From: the human T2T-CHM13v2.0 reference genome, Homo sapiens
Reading direction: 5' to 3' (one strand)
DNA: 64,000 nt
Assembly: GCF_009914755.1 (NCBI RefSeq)
Contig: NC_060931.1
The position numbers were made by a program, and so were the translations under genes. This document shows positions 1 through 28,000 of this stretch, in pieces (positions within the stretch are counted from its first letter, which is position 1; each line of letters starts with the position of its first letter). Below the pieces are notes generated by a model. That model was not told where the DNA came from. It made no database searches and worked only from the letters and a program-made list of their open reading frames with translations.

Positions 1-313
1 CTCCATGTTAATGCTAATATCCCTTCCCAGATTCTAAAAACACTGTGCTTCCAAACTGCTCAATCAAAATTATGGTTCAACACTGTGAGATGAATGAACA
101 CATTACAAAGAAGTTTCTCAGATAGCTTCTGTGTAGTTTTTATGTGAAGACATTTCCTTTTTCAATGTAGGCCACAAAACACTAAAAAATATCCCTTTAC
201 AGATTCTAGAAAAACAGAGTTTACAAAATGCTCAATGAAAAGAAACTTTTACATCTGTGAGATGGATGCACACATCATAAAGCTGTTTCTCAGAATGCCT
301 CTTTCTAGTTCTT
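1..313 (-). repeat. Alpha satellite, divergent monomers (block 1a)
   Basis: ~171-bp periodic motifs: ctgtgagatgaatg-acacat, gtttctcaga, tttttatgtgaaga-atttcctttttc, ccaaactgctcaat. Confidence 0.97.
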
Positions 314-542
314 TTTTTTAAGGTTTTTTTCTTTTATTATGATACTTTAAGTTTTAGGGTACATGTGTACAATGTGCAGGTTAGTCATATATGTATACAT
401 GTGCCATGCTGGTGTGCTGCACCCACTAACTTGTCATCTAGCATTAGGTATATCTCCCAATGTTATCCCTCCCCCCACACCCACCCCACAACAGTCCCCA
501 GAGTGTGATGTTCCCCTTCCTGTGTCCATGTGATCTCATTGT

Positions 543-14575
<14,033 letters not shown>

Positions 14576-15096
14576 GCAATAGTTTACTGAGAATGATGAT
14601 TTCCAATTTTATCCATGTCCCTACAAAGAACATGAACTCATCATTTTTTATGGCTGCATAGTATTCCGTGGTGTATATGTGCCACATTTTCTTAATCCAG
14701 TCTATCATTGTTGGACATTTGGGTTGGTTCCAAGTCTTTGCTATTGTGAATAATGCCACAATAAACATACATGTGCATGTGTCTTTATAGCAGCGTGATT
14801 TATAGCCATAACAAAAAACCAAACACCACATATTCTCACTCATAGGTGGGAACTGAACAATGAGATCACATGGACACAGGAAGGGGAATATCACACTCTG
14901 GGGACTGTGGTGGGGTGGGGGGAGGGTGGAGGGATAGCATTGGGAGATATACCTAATGCTAGATGATGAGTTGGTGGGTGCAGCGTACTGGCATGGCACA
15001 TGTATACATATGTAACTAACCTGCACAATGTGCACATGTACCCTAAAACTTAAAGTATAATTAAAAAAAATAAAATAAAATAATTAAAAAAAAAAA
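14576..15096 (+). mobile_element. L1PA element #3 (L1PA2-like), ~520 bp with 5' inversion: 14576-14809 antisense, 14810-15096 sense 3'UTR and A tail
   Basis: 18-bp TSD agaaaaacagtggttcca at 14558-14575 and 15097-15114. Strand switch at ttatagccat|aacaaaaaacc, with about 3 nt (aag) lost between segments. A-rich tail at 15063-15096. Confidence 0.96.
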
Positions 15097-17086
15097 AGAA
15101 AAACAGTGGTTCCAAACTGCTGAATCAAAAGAATGGCTCAGCTCTGTGAGATGAATGCACACATCACAAAGCCGTTTCTCAGAAACTCTCTTCCCAGTTT
15201 GTATTGGAAGATAATTCCTTTTTCACCATAGGCCTCAATGCGCTTCCCAATATCCCTTTGCAGATTCTAGAAGAACAGAGTTTCCAAACTACTCAGTGAA
15301 AGGAAACTTTTAACTCTCTTAGATGAATGCATGTATCACAAAGCAGTCTCTCAGAAAGCTTCTGTCTAGTTTGTATCAGAAGGTATTTCCTTTTTCCCCA
15401 TAGGCCTCAAGGTGAATCCAAATATTCCTTCTCAGATTATTCAAACATTGTGTTTCCAAACTGCTCAATCAAAAGAATGGTTTAACTCTGTCAGATGAAT
15501 GTGCAGATGACAAAGAAGTTTCTAAGAAGACTCCTTTCTAGTTTTTATGTGAGGATATTTCCCTTTTCACCATAGACCCCAAAGCACTCACAAATATCCC
15601 ATTGCAGATTCTAGGAAAACAGTTGTTCCAAATTGCTCAATCAAAAGAATGGTTCAACTCTGTGAGAGGAATTCACACATGATGAAGTTTCTCAGAAAGC
15701 TTTCTTTGAGTTTTTAGGTGAAGATATTCTTTTTTTAACCATATGCCTGAAAGCACTCCGAAATATCCCTTTGCAGATTCTACAAAAACGGTGTTTCCAA
15801 AATGCTCCATCAAAAGCAAATTTTAACCCTGTGAGCTGAATGCACATATCACAAAGCAGTTTCTCAGAAAGCTCCTTTCTAGTTTTTATGTGAGGACATT
15901 TCCTTTTTCACCATAAGACTGAAAGAGTTCCCAAATATCCTTTTGCAGATTCTACAAAAACAGTGGTTCAAAACTGCTCCATCAGAAGAATGCTTCAAAT
16001 CTGGGAGATGAATGCACACATCACAAAGCAATCTCTGAGAAAGTTTCTGTCCAGTTTGTATCAGAAGATATTTCCTTTTTCACCACAGGCTTAGATGTGA
16101 ATCCAAATATCCCTTCTCAGATTCTATGAACACTGTATTTCCAGACTGCTCAGTCAAAACAATGGTTAAACTCTGTGAGATGAATGCACACGTCACAAGG
16201 CAGTTTCTCAGAAACTCTCTTCCTAGTTTGTATTGGATCATGTTTCCTTTTTCACAATAGGCCTGAAAGCACTCCCAAATATCTCTTTGCAGATTCTAGA
16301 AGAGCAGAGTTTCCAAACTGCTCAATGAAAAGAAACGTTTAAATCTGTGGGATGAATGCAGACATCACAAAACAGTCTCTCAGAAAGCTTCTGTCTAGTT
16401 TGCAACAGAAGATATTTTCTTTTTCACCACAGGCCTCCATGCAAATCCAAATATCCCTTCACAGATTCTACAAACACTGTTTTTCCAAACTGCTCAAACA
16501 AAGGAATGGTTCAATTCTGTGAGATGAATGCCCACATCTTAAAGCAGCTTCTCAGAAACTCTCTTTATAGTTTGAATCGGAAGATATTTCTTTTTCACCA
16601 TAGGCCTCAGTGCTCTCCCAAATATCCCTTTGCAGATTCTAGAAGAACAAAGTTTACCAACTGCTCAATTAAAAGACATGTTTAACTCTATGGGATGAAT
16701 GCACACACTACAAAGCATTCTCTCAGAAATCTTCTATCTAGTTTGTATCAGAAGATATTTTCTTTTTCACCACAGGCCTCCATGTGAATCAAAATATCCC
16801 TTCGCAGATTCTACAAACACTGTGTTTCCAAACTGCTCAATCAAAAGAATGGTTCAACTCTGTGAGATGAATGCACACATCACCAAGCAGTTTCTCAGAA
16901 AATCTCATTCTAATTTGTATCAGAAGATATTTCTTTTTTGCCTTTGGCCTCAATGTGCTCCCAAATATCCCTTTGCAGATTCAAGAACAGAGTTTACAAA
17001 CTGCCCAATGAAAAAAAACATTTAACTCTGTGAGACGAATGCACACATCACAAAGCATTCTCTCAGAAAGTTTCTGTCTAGTTTGT
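15097..17086 (-). repeat. Alpha satellite (block 1b)
   Basis: Same monomer types as 8350-14575. Confidence 0.96.
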
Positions 17087-18086
17087 TGTAGGGAAAAGAA
17101 AGAGAGATCAGACTGTTACTGTGTCTATGTAGAAAGGAAAGACATAAGAGACTCCATTTTGAAAAAGACCTGTACTTTAAATAATTGCTTTGCTGAGATG
17201 TTATTAATTTGCAACTTTGCCCCAGCCACTTTGACCCAACCTGGAGCCCACAAAAACAAGTGTTGTATGAAATCAAGGTTTAAGGGATGTAGGGCTGTGC
17301 AAGACATGCCTTGTTAAGAAAATGTTTACAGGCAGTATACTTGATAAAGGTCATTGCCATTATCTAGTCTCAGTAAACCAGGAGCACAATGCACTGTGGA
17401 AAGCTGCAGGGACCTCTGCCCTTGAAAGTGGGGTATTGTCCAAGGTTTCTCCCCATGTGATAGTCTGAAATATGGCCTCATGGGATGAGAAAGACCTGAC
17501 CATCCCCCAGCCTGACACCCATAAAGGGTCTGTGCAGAGGTGGATTAATAAAAGAGGAAAGCCTCTTACAGTTGAGATAAAGGAAGGCCACTGTCTCCTG
17601 ACTGCCCCTGTGAACTGAATGTCTTGGTATAAAACCCGATTGTACATTTGTTCAATTCTGAGATAGGAGAGAAACTGCCCTATGGTGGGAGGTGAGACAT
17701 GTTTGCAGCAATGCTGCCTTGTTCTTCTTTACTACACTGAGATGTTTGGGTGGAGAGAAACATAAATCTGGCTTACTTGCACATCCGGGCACAGTACCTT
17801 CCCTTGAACTTCATTATGACATAGATTCTTTTGCTCACAAGTTTTTTGCTGACCTTCTCCTAATTATCACCCTGTTCTCCTACTACATTCTTTTTGCTGA
17901 AATAATGAAAATAATAATGAACTCAGAGGCCGGTGCCGGTGCACGTCCTTGGTGTGCTGAGTGCTGGTCCCCTGAGCCCACTGTTGTTTCTCTATACTTT
18001 GTCCCTGTGTCTTATTTCTTTTCTCAGTCTCTTGTCCCACCCGACTAGAAATACCCACAAGTGTGGAGGGGCAGGCCACCCCTTCA
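17087..18086 (+). mobile_element. HERV-K(HML-2) solo LTR, LTR5A/LTR5B-like (not LTR5_Hs), 1000 bp
   Basis: Starts TGTAGGGAAAAGAAAGAGAGATCAGACTG and ends GGCCACCCCTTCA (TG...CA). 6-bp TSD gtttgt at 17081-17086 and 18087-18092. No PBS or internal proviral sequence follows. Confidence 0.95.
17628..17634 (+). promoter_or_regulatory. TATA-like motif of LTR5
   Basis: TATAAAA within ggtataaaacccgattg, the position conserved in HML-2 LTRs; activity cannot be shown from sequence. Confidence 0.55.
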
Positions 18087-21000
18087 GTTTGTATCAGAAG
18101 ATATTTCATTTTTCCCCATAGGCTTCAAGGTGAATCAAAATATCCCTTCTCAGATTCTTCAAACGCTGTGTTTCCAAACTGCTCAATCAAAAGATAGGTT
18201 TAACTCTGTGAGATGAACGAACAGATCACAAAGCAGTCTCTAAGAAAACTCCTTTCTACTTTTTATGTGAGAATATTTCCTTTTCCTCCATAGACGTCCA
18301 AGTGCTCACAAATATCCCTTTGCAGATTCTAGAAAAAGAGTCCTTCTAAACTACTCAATCAAAAGAATGGTTCAAGTCTCTGAGAGGAATGCACACATCA
18401 TGAAGCAGTTTCTCAGAAAGCTTCCTTTGAGTTTTTATGTGAAGATATTTCCTTTTTCACCATAGGCTTCAATGCGAATCCAAATATCCCTTCACAGATT
18501 CCACAAACACTGTGTTTCCAAACTGCTCAATCAAAAGAATGGTTCCACTCTGGAGATGAATGCAGACATCACAAAGCAGTTTCTCAGAAACTCTCTTTCT
18601 AGTTTGTATTGGAAGATATTTCTTTTTTCACCATAGGCCAGAATGTGCTCCCTTGGCAGATTCTAGAAGAACAGAGTTTCCAAACTGCTCAATTAGAAGA
18701 AACGTTTAACTGTGAGTTCAATGCACACATCCCAAAGCAGTCTCCCAGAAAGCTTCTGTCTAGTTCGTATCAGAAGATATTTCCTTTATCCCCACAGTCC
18801 TCATGGTGAATCCAAATATCCCTTCGCAGATACTTCAAACACTGTGTTTCCAAACTGCTCAATCAAAAGAATTGTTTAATTCAGTGAGATGAAACACAGG
18901 CCACAAAGCAGTTTCTAAGAAAACTCCTTTCTAATTTTTATGTGAGGTTGTTTCCTTTTTCACAAAAGCCCTCAAAGTGCTCACAAATGTACCTTTGCAG
19001 ATTCTACAAAAACAGTGATTCCAAACTGCTCAATAAAAAGAATGGTTCAACTCTGTGGGAGGAATTCACACATTACAAACAGTTTTTCAGAAAGCTTCCT
19101 TCGAGTTTTTAGGTGAAGATATTTCCTTTTTCACCATAGGCTTGAAAGTGCTCTGAAATATCCCTTTGCAGATTCTGCAAAAACCATGTTTCCAAAATGA
19201 TCCATCAAAGAAAGTTTTAACTGTGAGATGAATGCACATATCACAAAGCAGTTTCTCAGAAAGCTCCTTTCTAGTTTTCATGTGAAGATATTTCCTTTTT
19301 CACCATAAGACTCAAAGGGTTCCCAATTATCACTTTGCAGATTCTACAAAAACAGTGGTTCCAAACTGCTCCATCAAAAGAATGGTTCAACTCTGTGAGA
19401 TGAATGCACACATCACAAAGCAGTCTCTCAGAAAGCTTCTGTCTAGTTTGTATCAGAAGATATTTCCTTTTACACCACAGCCTGCCATGAGAATCCAAAT
19501 ATCCCTTTGCAGATTCTACAAACACTGTGTTTGCAAACTGCTCAATCAAAAGAATGGTTCAACTCGGTGAGATGAACACACACATCACAAAGCAGTTTCT
19601 CAAAAACTTTCTTTCTAGTTTCTATCAGAAAATATTTCCTTTTTCACCATACACCTCAATGCACTCCCAAATATTCCTTTGTCAATTCTAGAAGAACAGA
19701 GTTTCCAAACTGCTCAATTAAAAGAAATGTTTAACTGTGAGTTCAATGCACACATCCCAAACCACTCTCCCAGAAAGCTTCTGTCTAGTTTGTATCAGAA
19801 GATATTTCCTTTTTCCCCATAGTCCTCATGGCGAATCCAAATATCCCTTCACAGATACTTCAAACACTGTGTTTCCAAACTGCTCAATCAAAAGAATGGT
19901 TCAACTCTGTGAGATGAATGCACACATCACAAAGAAGTTTCTCAGTAACTCTCGTTCTACTTTGCATTGGAAGATATTTGCTTTTTCACCATAGGCCTCA
20001 ATGCACTCCCAAATATTCCTTTTCACATTCTAGAAAAATAGTTTCCAAACTGCTAAATGAAAAGAAACGTTTAACCCTGTGGGATGAATACACACATTAT
20101 AAATCACTCTCTCAGGAAGCTTCTGTCTAGTTTGTATTGGAAGACATTTCCCTTTTCACCACAGGCCTCCATGCGAATCCAAATATCCCTTCACAGATTC
20201 TACAAACACTGTGTTCCAAACTTATCAATCAAAACAATGGTTTGCATTTGTGAGATGAATGCACACATCACAAAGCAGTTTCTAAGAAAGCTCCTTTCTA
20301 GAATTTATGTGAGGATATTTCCTTTTTCACCATAGACCTCAAAGCACTCATGGATATCCCTTTGCAGATTCTAGAAAAACAGTGGTTCCAAACTGCTCTA
20401 TTAAAAGAATTGTCCAATTCTGTGAGATTAATTCACGCATCAGAAAGCACTGTTTCCAAAAGCTTCTGTCTATTTTGTTTCAGAAGTTATTTCCTTTTTT
20501 TATCACAGGCCTCCATGTGAATCCAAATATCCCTTTGCAGATTCTACAAACATTGTGTTTCCAAACTGCTCAATCTAAAGCATGGTTCAACTCTGTGAGA
20601 GGAATGCACACATAACAAAGCAGTTTCTCAGAAAGCTTCCTTCGAGTTTTTAGGTGAAGATATTTCCTTTTTCACCATAGGCCTGAAAGCACTCCCAAAT
20701 ATCCTTTTGCAGATTCTCCAAAAATGGTGTTTCCAAAATGTTCAATGAAAAGAACGGTTTAACTCTGTGAGATGAATGCACAGATCACAAAGCAGTTTCT
20801 AAGTAAGCTCCTTTCTAGTTTTTATGTGAGGATACTTCCTTTTCACCATAGGCCTCAAAGCTGTCACAAATATTCCTTTGCAGATCCCAGAAAAACAGTG
20901 GTTCCAATCTGCTCAATCAAAAGAATGGTTCAGCTCTGTGAGAGTAGTGCACACATCACAAAGCAGTTTCTCAGAAACCTTCCTTCGGGTTTTTAAGGGA

Positions 21001-22010
21001 AGGTATTTCCTTTCTCCCCATAGGCCTGAAATTGCTCTGAAATATCCCTTTTCAGACTCTACAAAAACGGTGTTTCCAAGATCCTCCATCAAAAGAAACT
21101 TTTAACTCTGTGAGATGAATGCACATATCACAAAGAAGTTTCTCAGAATGCTCCTTTCTAGTTTTTATGTGAGGATATTTCCTTTTTCACAATAGGCCTC
21201 AAAGGGTCCCCAAATAACCCTTTGCAAATTCTACAAAAGCAGTGGTTCCAAACTGCTCCATCAACAGAATGGTTCATCTAAGTGAGGTGAATGCACAATT
21301 CACAAAGCAGTCTCTCCAAAAATTTCTGTCTACTTTGTATCAGAAGATACATCCTTTTTTACCACAAGCCTCCACACACCTTAAAATATCCCTTTGCAGA
21401 TTCTACAAACACTGTGTTTCCAAACTGCTCAACCAAAAGAATGGTTAAAGTCTGTGAGATGAATGCACACATCACAAAATATTCTCTCAGAAAGGTTCTG
21501 TCTAGTTTGTATCAGAAGATATATCCTTTTTCACCACAGGCCTCCATATGAATCAAAATATCTCTTCACAGATTCTATGAAAACAGTGGTTCCAAACTGC
21601 TCCATCAAAAGAATGGTTCAACTCTGTGAGATGAATGCACATATCACAAAGCAGTCTCTTAGAAAGCTTCCATCTAGCTTGTATCAGAAAATACTTCTTT
21701 TTTCACCCCAGCCCTCCATGAGACTCCAAAAATCCCTTCACAGATTCTGCAAACACTGTGTTTCCAAATTGCTAAATCAAAAGAATGTTTTAGCTCTGTG
21801 AGATGAATGCACAGATCACAAAGCAGTTTCTAAGAAAGCTCCTTGCTAGTTTTCTGTGAGGGTATTTCCTTTTTCAACATAGGATCCAAAGTGCTCACAG
21901 ATATCCCTTTGCAGATTCTACAAATACAGTGATTCCCAACTGCTCAATCAAAAGAATTGTTCAACTCTTTTACAGGAATGCAAAGATCACAAAGCAGTTT
22001 CTCAGAAAGG
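18087..22010 (-). repeat. Alpha satellite (block 1b, right end)
   Basis: Same monomer types; ends at a shortened junction monomer (agaaaggttat|tatctgaag, ~22014). Confidence 0.95.
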
Positions 22011-25000
22011 TTATTATCTGAAGATATTTCCTTTTTCACCATAGGCTTCAATGTGGCACAAAATATCTCTTTGCAGATTCTAAGAAAACTGTGTTTCCAA
22101 ACTGCTGAATCAAATAAACGTTTGACTCTGTGAAATGAATGCATGCATCACAAAGCAGTCTCTCAGAAAGTTTCTTTCTAGTTTTTATCTGAAGATATTT
22201 CCTTTTTCACCATAGGCCTCAATGGGCTACAAAATATCTCATTGCAGACCATAAGAAAACAGTATTTCCAAACTATTGAATCAAAAGAAATGTTTAACAC
22301 TGTGAAATGAATGCACACATCACCAAGTATTTTCTCAGATATCTTCCTTCCAGTATTTATCCTGGGATACTCACTTCTTTGCCATCGGCCTCAATGAGCT
22401 CCCAAATGTCCATTCACACAATGGACAAAAACAGTGTTACCAAAGTGCTGAATACAAAGAAAGGTTTAACTCTGTCAGATGAATGCACACGTCACAAAGC
22501 AGTCTCTCAGAAATATTCTTTCCAGTTTTTGTCTTAAGATATGTCGTTTTTCACAATAGGCCTCATTGGGCTTTCAAATATCTGCTTGCAGAAACTAAGA
22601 AAACTGTGTTTCCAAACTGCTGAATCCAAAGAAAGGTTTAACTGTGTGAGATGAATGCACACATTGCAAAGCAGTCTCTCAGAAAGGTTATTTCCAGTTT
22701 TTATCTGAAGATACTTCCTTTTTCACCATAGGCCTAAATGCACTACCAAATATCTCTTCTCAGATTCAAAGAAAACTTTGTTTCCAAACTACTGAATCAA
22801 AAGAAAGGTTTAACACTGTGAGATGAATGCACACAACAGCAAGCTTTTTCTCAGATCTCTTCCTCAAAGTTATCCTGGGATATTCACTTTTTTGCCTATC
22901 ACCTCAATGAACTCCCAAACGTCCATTCACACAATGGACAAAAACAGTGTTACCAAAATGCTGAATATCAAGAAAGGTTTAACTCTGTCAGATGAAAGCA
23001 CACACCACAAAGCAGCCTCTCAGGAAGATTCTTTCCAGTTTTTGTAAGAAGATATTTCCTTTTTCACAATAAGCCTCATTGCGCTACCAAATATCTGCTT
23101 GCAGAATCTAAGGAAACTGTGTTCCCAAACACCTGAATTTAAAAAATGTTTAACTCTGTGAGATGAAAGCTCACATCACAAAGCAGTTTCTCATTAAGCA
23201 TTAAGCTCTTTCTAGTTTTTATCTAAAGATGTTTTCTTTTTCACCGTGGGACTCAATGTGGCACCAAATATCTCTTAGCAGCTTCTAAGAAAACTGTGTT
23301 TCCAAACTGCAGAATCAAAAGATAAGTTTAACTGTGAGATGATTCAGCAAATCACAAATCAGTTTCTCATTAAGCTTCTTTTGAGTTTTTATCTGAAGAT
23401 GTTTCCTTTTTCTCCATAGGCCTCAAAGCCCTGTCAAATTTTCCTTCGCAGATTCTCCAGAAACAGTGTTTCCAAACTGCTGAATGAAAAACGAAGGTTT
23501 AACACTGTGAGATGAATGCACACATCACCAAGCATTTTCTCAGATATCTTGCTTCAAGTTTTTATCCTGGGATATTCACTTTTTTGCCAGTGGCCTCAAT
23601 GAGCTCCCAAATGTCCATTTGCACAATGGACAAAAACAGCATTACCAAAGTGCTGAATATAAAGAAAGGTTTAACTCTGTCAGATGAATGCACACAGCAC
23701 AAAGCAGTCTCTCAGAAAGATTCTTTCCAGTTTTTGTCTTAAGATATTTTGTTTTTCACAATAGGCCTTATTGGGCTACAAAATATCTGCTCACAGAATC
23801 TAAGAAAACTGTGTTTACAAATGGCTGAATTGAAAGAAAGATTTACGGTATGAAATGAATGCACACAGTGCAAAACATTATCTCAGAAATGTTCTCTTTA
23901 GTTTTTATCTTAAGATATTTCCTTTTTTATCATAGGCTTCAATGGGCTACAAAATATCTCTTTGAAGATTCAAAGAAAAGTGTGTTTCCAAACTACTGAA
24001 TCAAAAGAAAGGTTTAACACTGTGAGATGAATGCACACAACAGCAAGCGTTTTCTCAGATATCCTCTTTAAAATTATCCTGTGATTATCACTTTTTCACC
24101 TTTGGCCTCAATGAGCTCCCAAATGTCCATTCACACAATGCACAAAAACAGTGTTACCAAAGTGCTGAATATCAAGAAAGGTTTAAGTCTGTGAGATGAA
24201 AGCACACATCACAAACCAGTCTCTCAGGAAGATTCTTTCCAGTTTTTATCAGAAGATATTTCCTTTTTCACTATAGGCCTCATTGCACTACCAAATATCT
24301 GCTTGTAGAATCTAAGGAAACTGTGTTCCAAAACTACTGAATGTAAAGAAACGTTTAACTCTGTGAGATGAATGCACACATCACAAAGCATTTTCTCATT
24401 AAACTTCTTTCTAGTTTTTATCTGAAGAAGTTTTCTTTTTCACCATGGGACTCAATGTGGCACCAAATATGTCTATGCAGATTCTAAGAAAACTGTGTTT
24501 CCAAACTGCAGAATCAAATGATAGGTTTAACTCTGTGAGATGATTCAGCAAATCACAAAGCAGCTTCTCATTAAACTTCTTTGGAGTTTTTATCAGAAGA
24601 TGTTTCCTTTTTAGCCATTGGCCTCAATGCACTGCCAAGTAATCCTGCATAGATTCTCCAAAAACAGTGTTTCCAAACTACTGAATGAAAAACAAAGGTT
24701 TAACACTGTGAGATGAATGCACACACCATAAAGCGTTTTCTCAGACATCTTCCTTCTTGTTTTCATTATGGGATATTCACGTTTTTGTCATTGACCTCAA
24801 TGATGTCCCAAATGTCCATTCACAGAATGGAAAAAAAACGGTGTTAACCAACTGCTGAATCCAAAGAAAGTTTTATTTCTGTGAGATGAATGCACACATC
24901 ATGAAGCATATTCTCAGAATAGTTCTTTCTAGTTCTTATCTGAAGATATTTCCTTTTTCACCATAGGCCTCAATGTGGCAACAAATATCCCTTTGCAGAT

Positions 25001-28000
25001 TCTAAGAAAACTGTTTCCAAACTGCTGAATCAAAAGAAAGGTTGAGCTCTGTGAGATGAATGTACATATCACAAAGCAGTTTCTCAGAAAGGTTCTTTCT
25101 AGTTTTTATCTGAAGATATTTTCTTTATCAGCATAGGCCTCAACATGGCATGATTTATTCTTTGCAGATTCTAAAAGAACTGTTCACAAACTGCTGAAGC
25201 AAAAGATAGGCTGAACTCTGTGAGATGATTCAACACATCACAAAGCAGTTTCTCATTAAGCTTCTTTTTAGTTTTTCTTTGAAGATGTTACCTTTTTTGC
25301 CATAGGCCTCAATGTGCTGCCAAATATTCCTTCACAGTTTCTCCAGAAACAGTGTTTCAAAACTGTTGAATGAAAAGAAAGGTTTAACACTGTGAGATGA
25401 ATGCACACATCACAAGGCGTTTTCTCAGACATCTTCCTTCTAGTTTTCATTATGGGACATTCACTTTTTCGCCATTGGCCTGAAGGAGCTCCCAGATGTC
25501 CATACGTACAATGGACAAAAACAGTGTTACTACAGTGCTGAATACCAGGAAAGGTTTATCTTTGTCAGCTGAATGCACACATCACAATGCAGTCTCTCAG
25601 AAAGATTCTTTCCAATTTTTCTCTGAAGTTATTTCCTTTTTCACAATAAGCCTCATTGCACTACCAAATAACTACTTGCAGATTCTAAGAAAACTGTGTT
25701 TCCAAAATGCTGAATCAAAAGAAAGTTTTAATTCTGTAAGATGTAGGCATACATCACAAAGCAGTTTCTCACAAAGGTTCTTTCTATTTTTTATCTGAAG
25801 AGATTTCTTTTTCACCATAGGCCTCAATGTGGCACTAAATTTCCCTTTGCAGATTCTCAGAAAACTGTTCCCAAACTGCTGAATCAAAAGAAAGGTTTAA
25901 CTCTGTGAGATGAATGCACACACCACAAAGCAGTTTCTCAGACAGGTTCTTTGTAGTTTTTATCTGAAGATATTTCCTTTTTCAACAAAGGCCTCAATGT
26001 GGTCCCAAATATCTCTTTGCAGATTCTAAGAAAACTGTGATTCCAAGCTACTGAATCAAAACAAAGGTTTAACTCTGTGAGATTAATGGACACAGAGCAA
26101 AGCAGTCTCTCATAAAGGTTCTTTCTAGTTTTTATCTGAAGATATTTCCTTTTTCACCATAGGCTTCAATGTGCTACTAAATATCTCTTTGCAGATTCTA
26201 AGAAAACCATGTTCCCAAACTACTGAATCAAAAGAAAGATTTAACACTGCAAGATGAATGCACACATCACCATGCATTTTCTTAGTTATCTTCCTAGAGG
26301 TTATCCTGTGATATTCAGTTTTTCACCTTTGGCCTCAGTGAGCTCCCAAATGTCCATTCGCACAATAGATAAAAACAGTGTTACCAAAGCGCTGAATATC
26401 AAGAAATGTTTAACTCTGTCAGATGAATGCACACATCACAAAGGAGTCTCTCAGAAAGATTCTTTCCAGTTTTTGTTTGAAGATATGTCCTTTTTCACAA
26501 TATGCCTCACTGTGCTACCAAATATCTGCTTGCAGAATCTAAGGAAACTGGGTTCCCAATATACTGAAAGTAAAGAAAGTAAAGAAAGTAAAGTGCATTA
26601 ACTCTGTGAGATGAATGCACACATCACAAAGCAGTTTCTCATGAAGCTTCTTTCTAGTTTTTATCTGAAGATGTTTGCTTTTTCACCATAGGACTCAATG
26701 TGGCACCAAATATCTCTTTGTAGATTCCAACAAAACTCTGTTTCCAAACTGCTGGATCAAAAGATACGTTTAACACTGTGAGATAATTCAACACATCACA
26801 AAGCAGTTTCTCCTTAAGCTTCTTTTGAGTTTGTATCTGAAGATGTTTCCTTTTTTGCCACAGGCCTCAAGGTGCTACAAATATTCCTTCACAGATCCTC
26901 CAGAAGGAGTGATTCCAAACTGCTGAATGAAAAGAAATGTTTAAGACTGTGAGATGAATGCATACATCAGAAGGCGTTTTCTCAGACATCTTCCTTCTAG
27001 TTTTCATTATAGGATATTCACTTTTTTGCCATTGACCTCAATGAGCTCCCAAATGTCCATTCGCAGAATGGACAAAAACAGTGTTAACAAACTGTTGAAT
27101 CCAAAGAAATGTTTATCTCTGTGAGATGAATGCACACACCACAAAGCAGTTTCTCAGAAAGATTCTTCCTAGTTTTTATCTGAAGATATTTCCTTTTTCA
27201 CCACAGGCCTCAATGTGCTACCAAATATCTCTTCGCAGATTCTAACAAAACTGTGTTTCCAAACAACTGAATCAAAAGAAAGGTGTAACACTGCAAGATG
27301 AATGCACACAACACCACGTGTTTTCTCAGATATCTTCCTTAAAGTTATCCTGGGATATTCACTTTTTTGCCTTTGGCCTCAATGAGCTTCCAAATGTCCA
27401 TTCTCACAGTGGACACAAACAGCGTTACCGAAGTGCTGAATATCAAGAAAGGTTTAACTCTGTCAGATGAATGCACAAATCTCAAAGCAGTCTCTTAGAA
27501 AGATTCTCTCCAGTTTTTGTCTGAAGATATTTCCTTTTTCACATTAGGCCTCATTGCGCTACCAGATATCGGCTCGCAGAATCTAAGGAAACTGTGTTCC
27601 CAAACTACTGAAAGTAAAGAAAGGTTTACCTCTGTGAGATGAATGCACACATTGCAAAGCAGTTTCTCAGAAAGGTTCTTTCTAGTTTTTATCTGAAGAT
27701 AGTTCCTTTTTCACCATGGGCCTCAACGTGGCACCAAATATGTCTTTGCAGATTCTAAGAAAACTGTGTTTCCAAACTGCTGAATCCAAAGAAAATTTTA
27801 ACTCTGTGGGATGAATGCACACATCACAAAGCTGTTTCTCAGAAAGGTTCTTTCTAGTTTTTATCTAAAGATATTTCTTTTTTCACCATAGGCCTCTATG
27901 TGGCACCAAATATCTCTTTGCAGATTCTAAGAAAACTCTGTTTCCAAACTGCTAAATCAAAAGAGAGGTTTACCTCTGTGAGATGAATGTACACATCACA

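Noticed and set aside
14900-14933. G-quadruplex motif
   Set aside because: Standard L1 3'UTR polypurine tract; already well described.
17022-18121. ORFs overlapping the LTR as retroviral genes
   Set aside because: They lie within or across the edges of a solo LTR; no gag, pol or env sequence is present.
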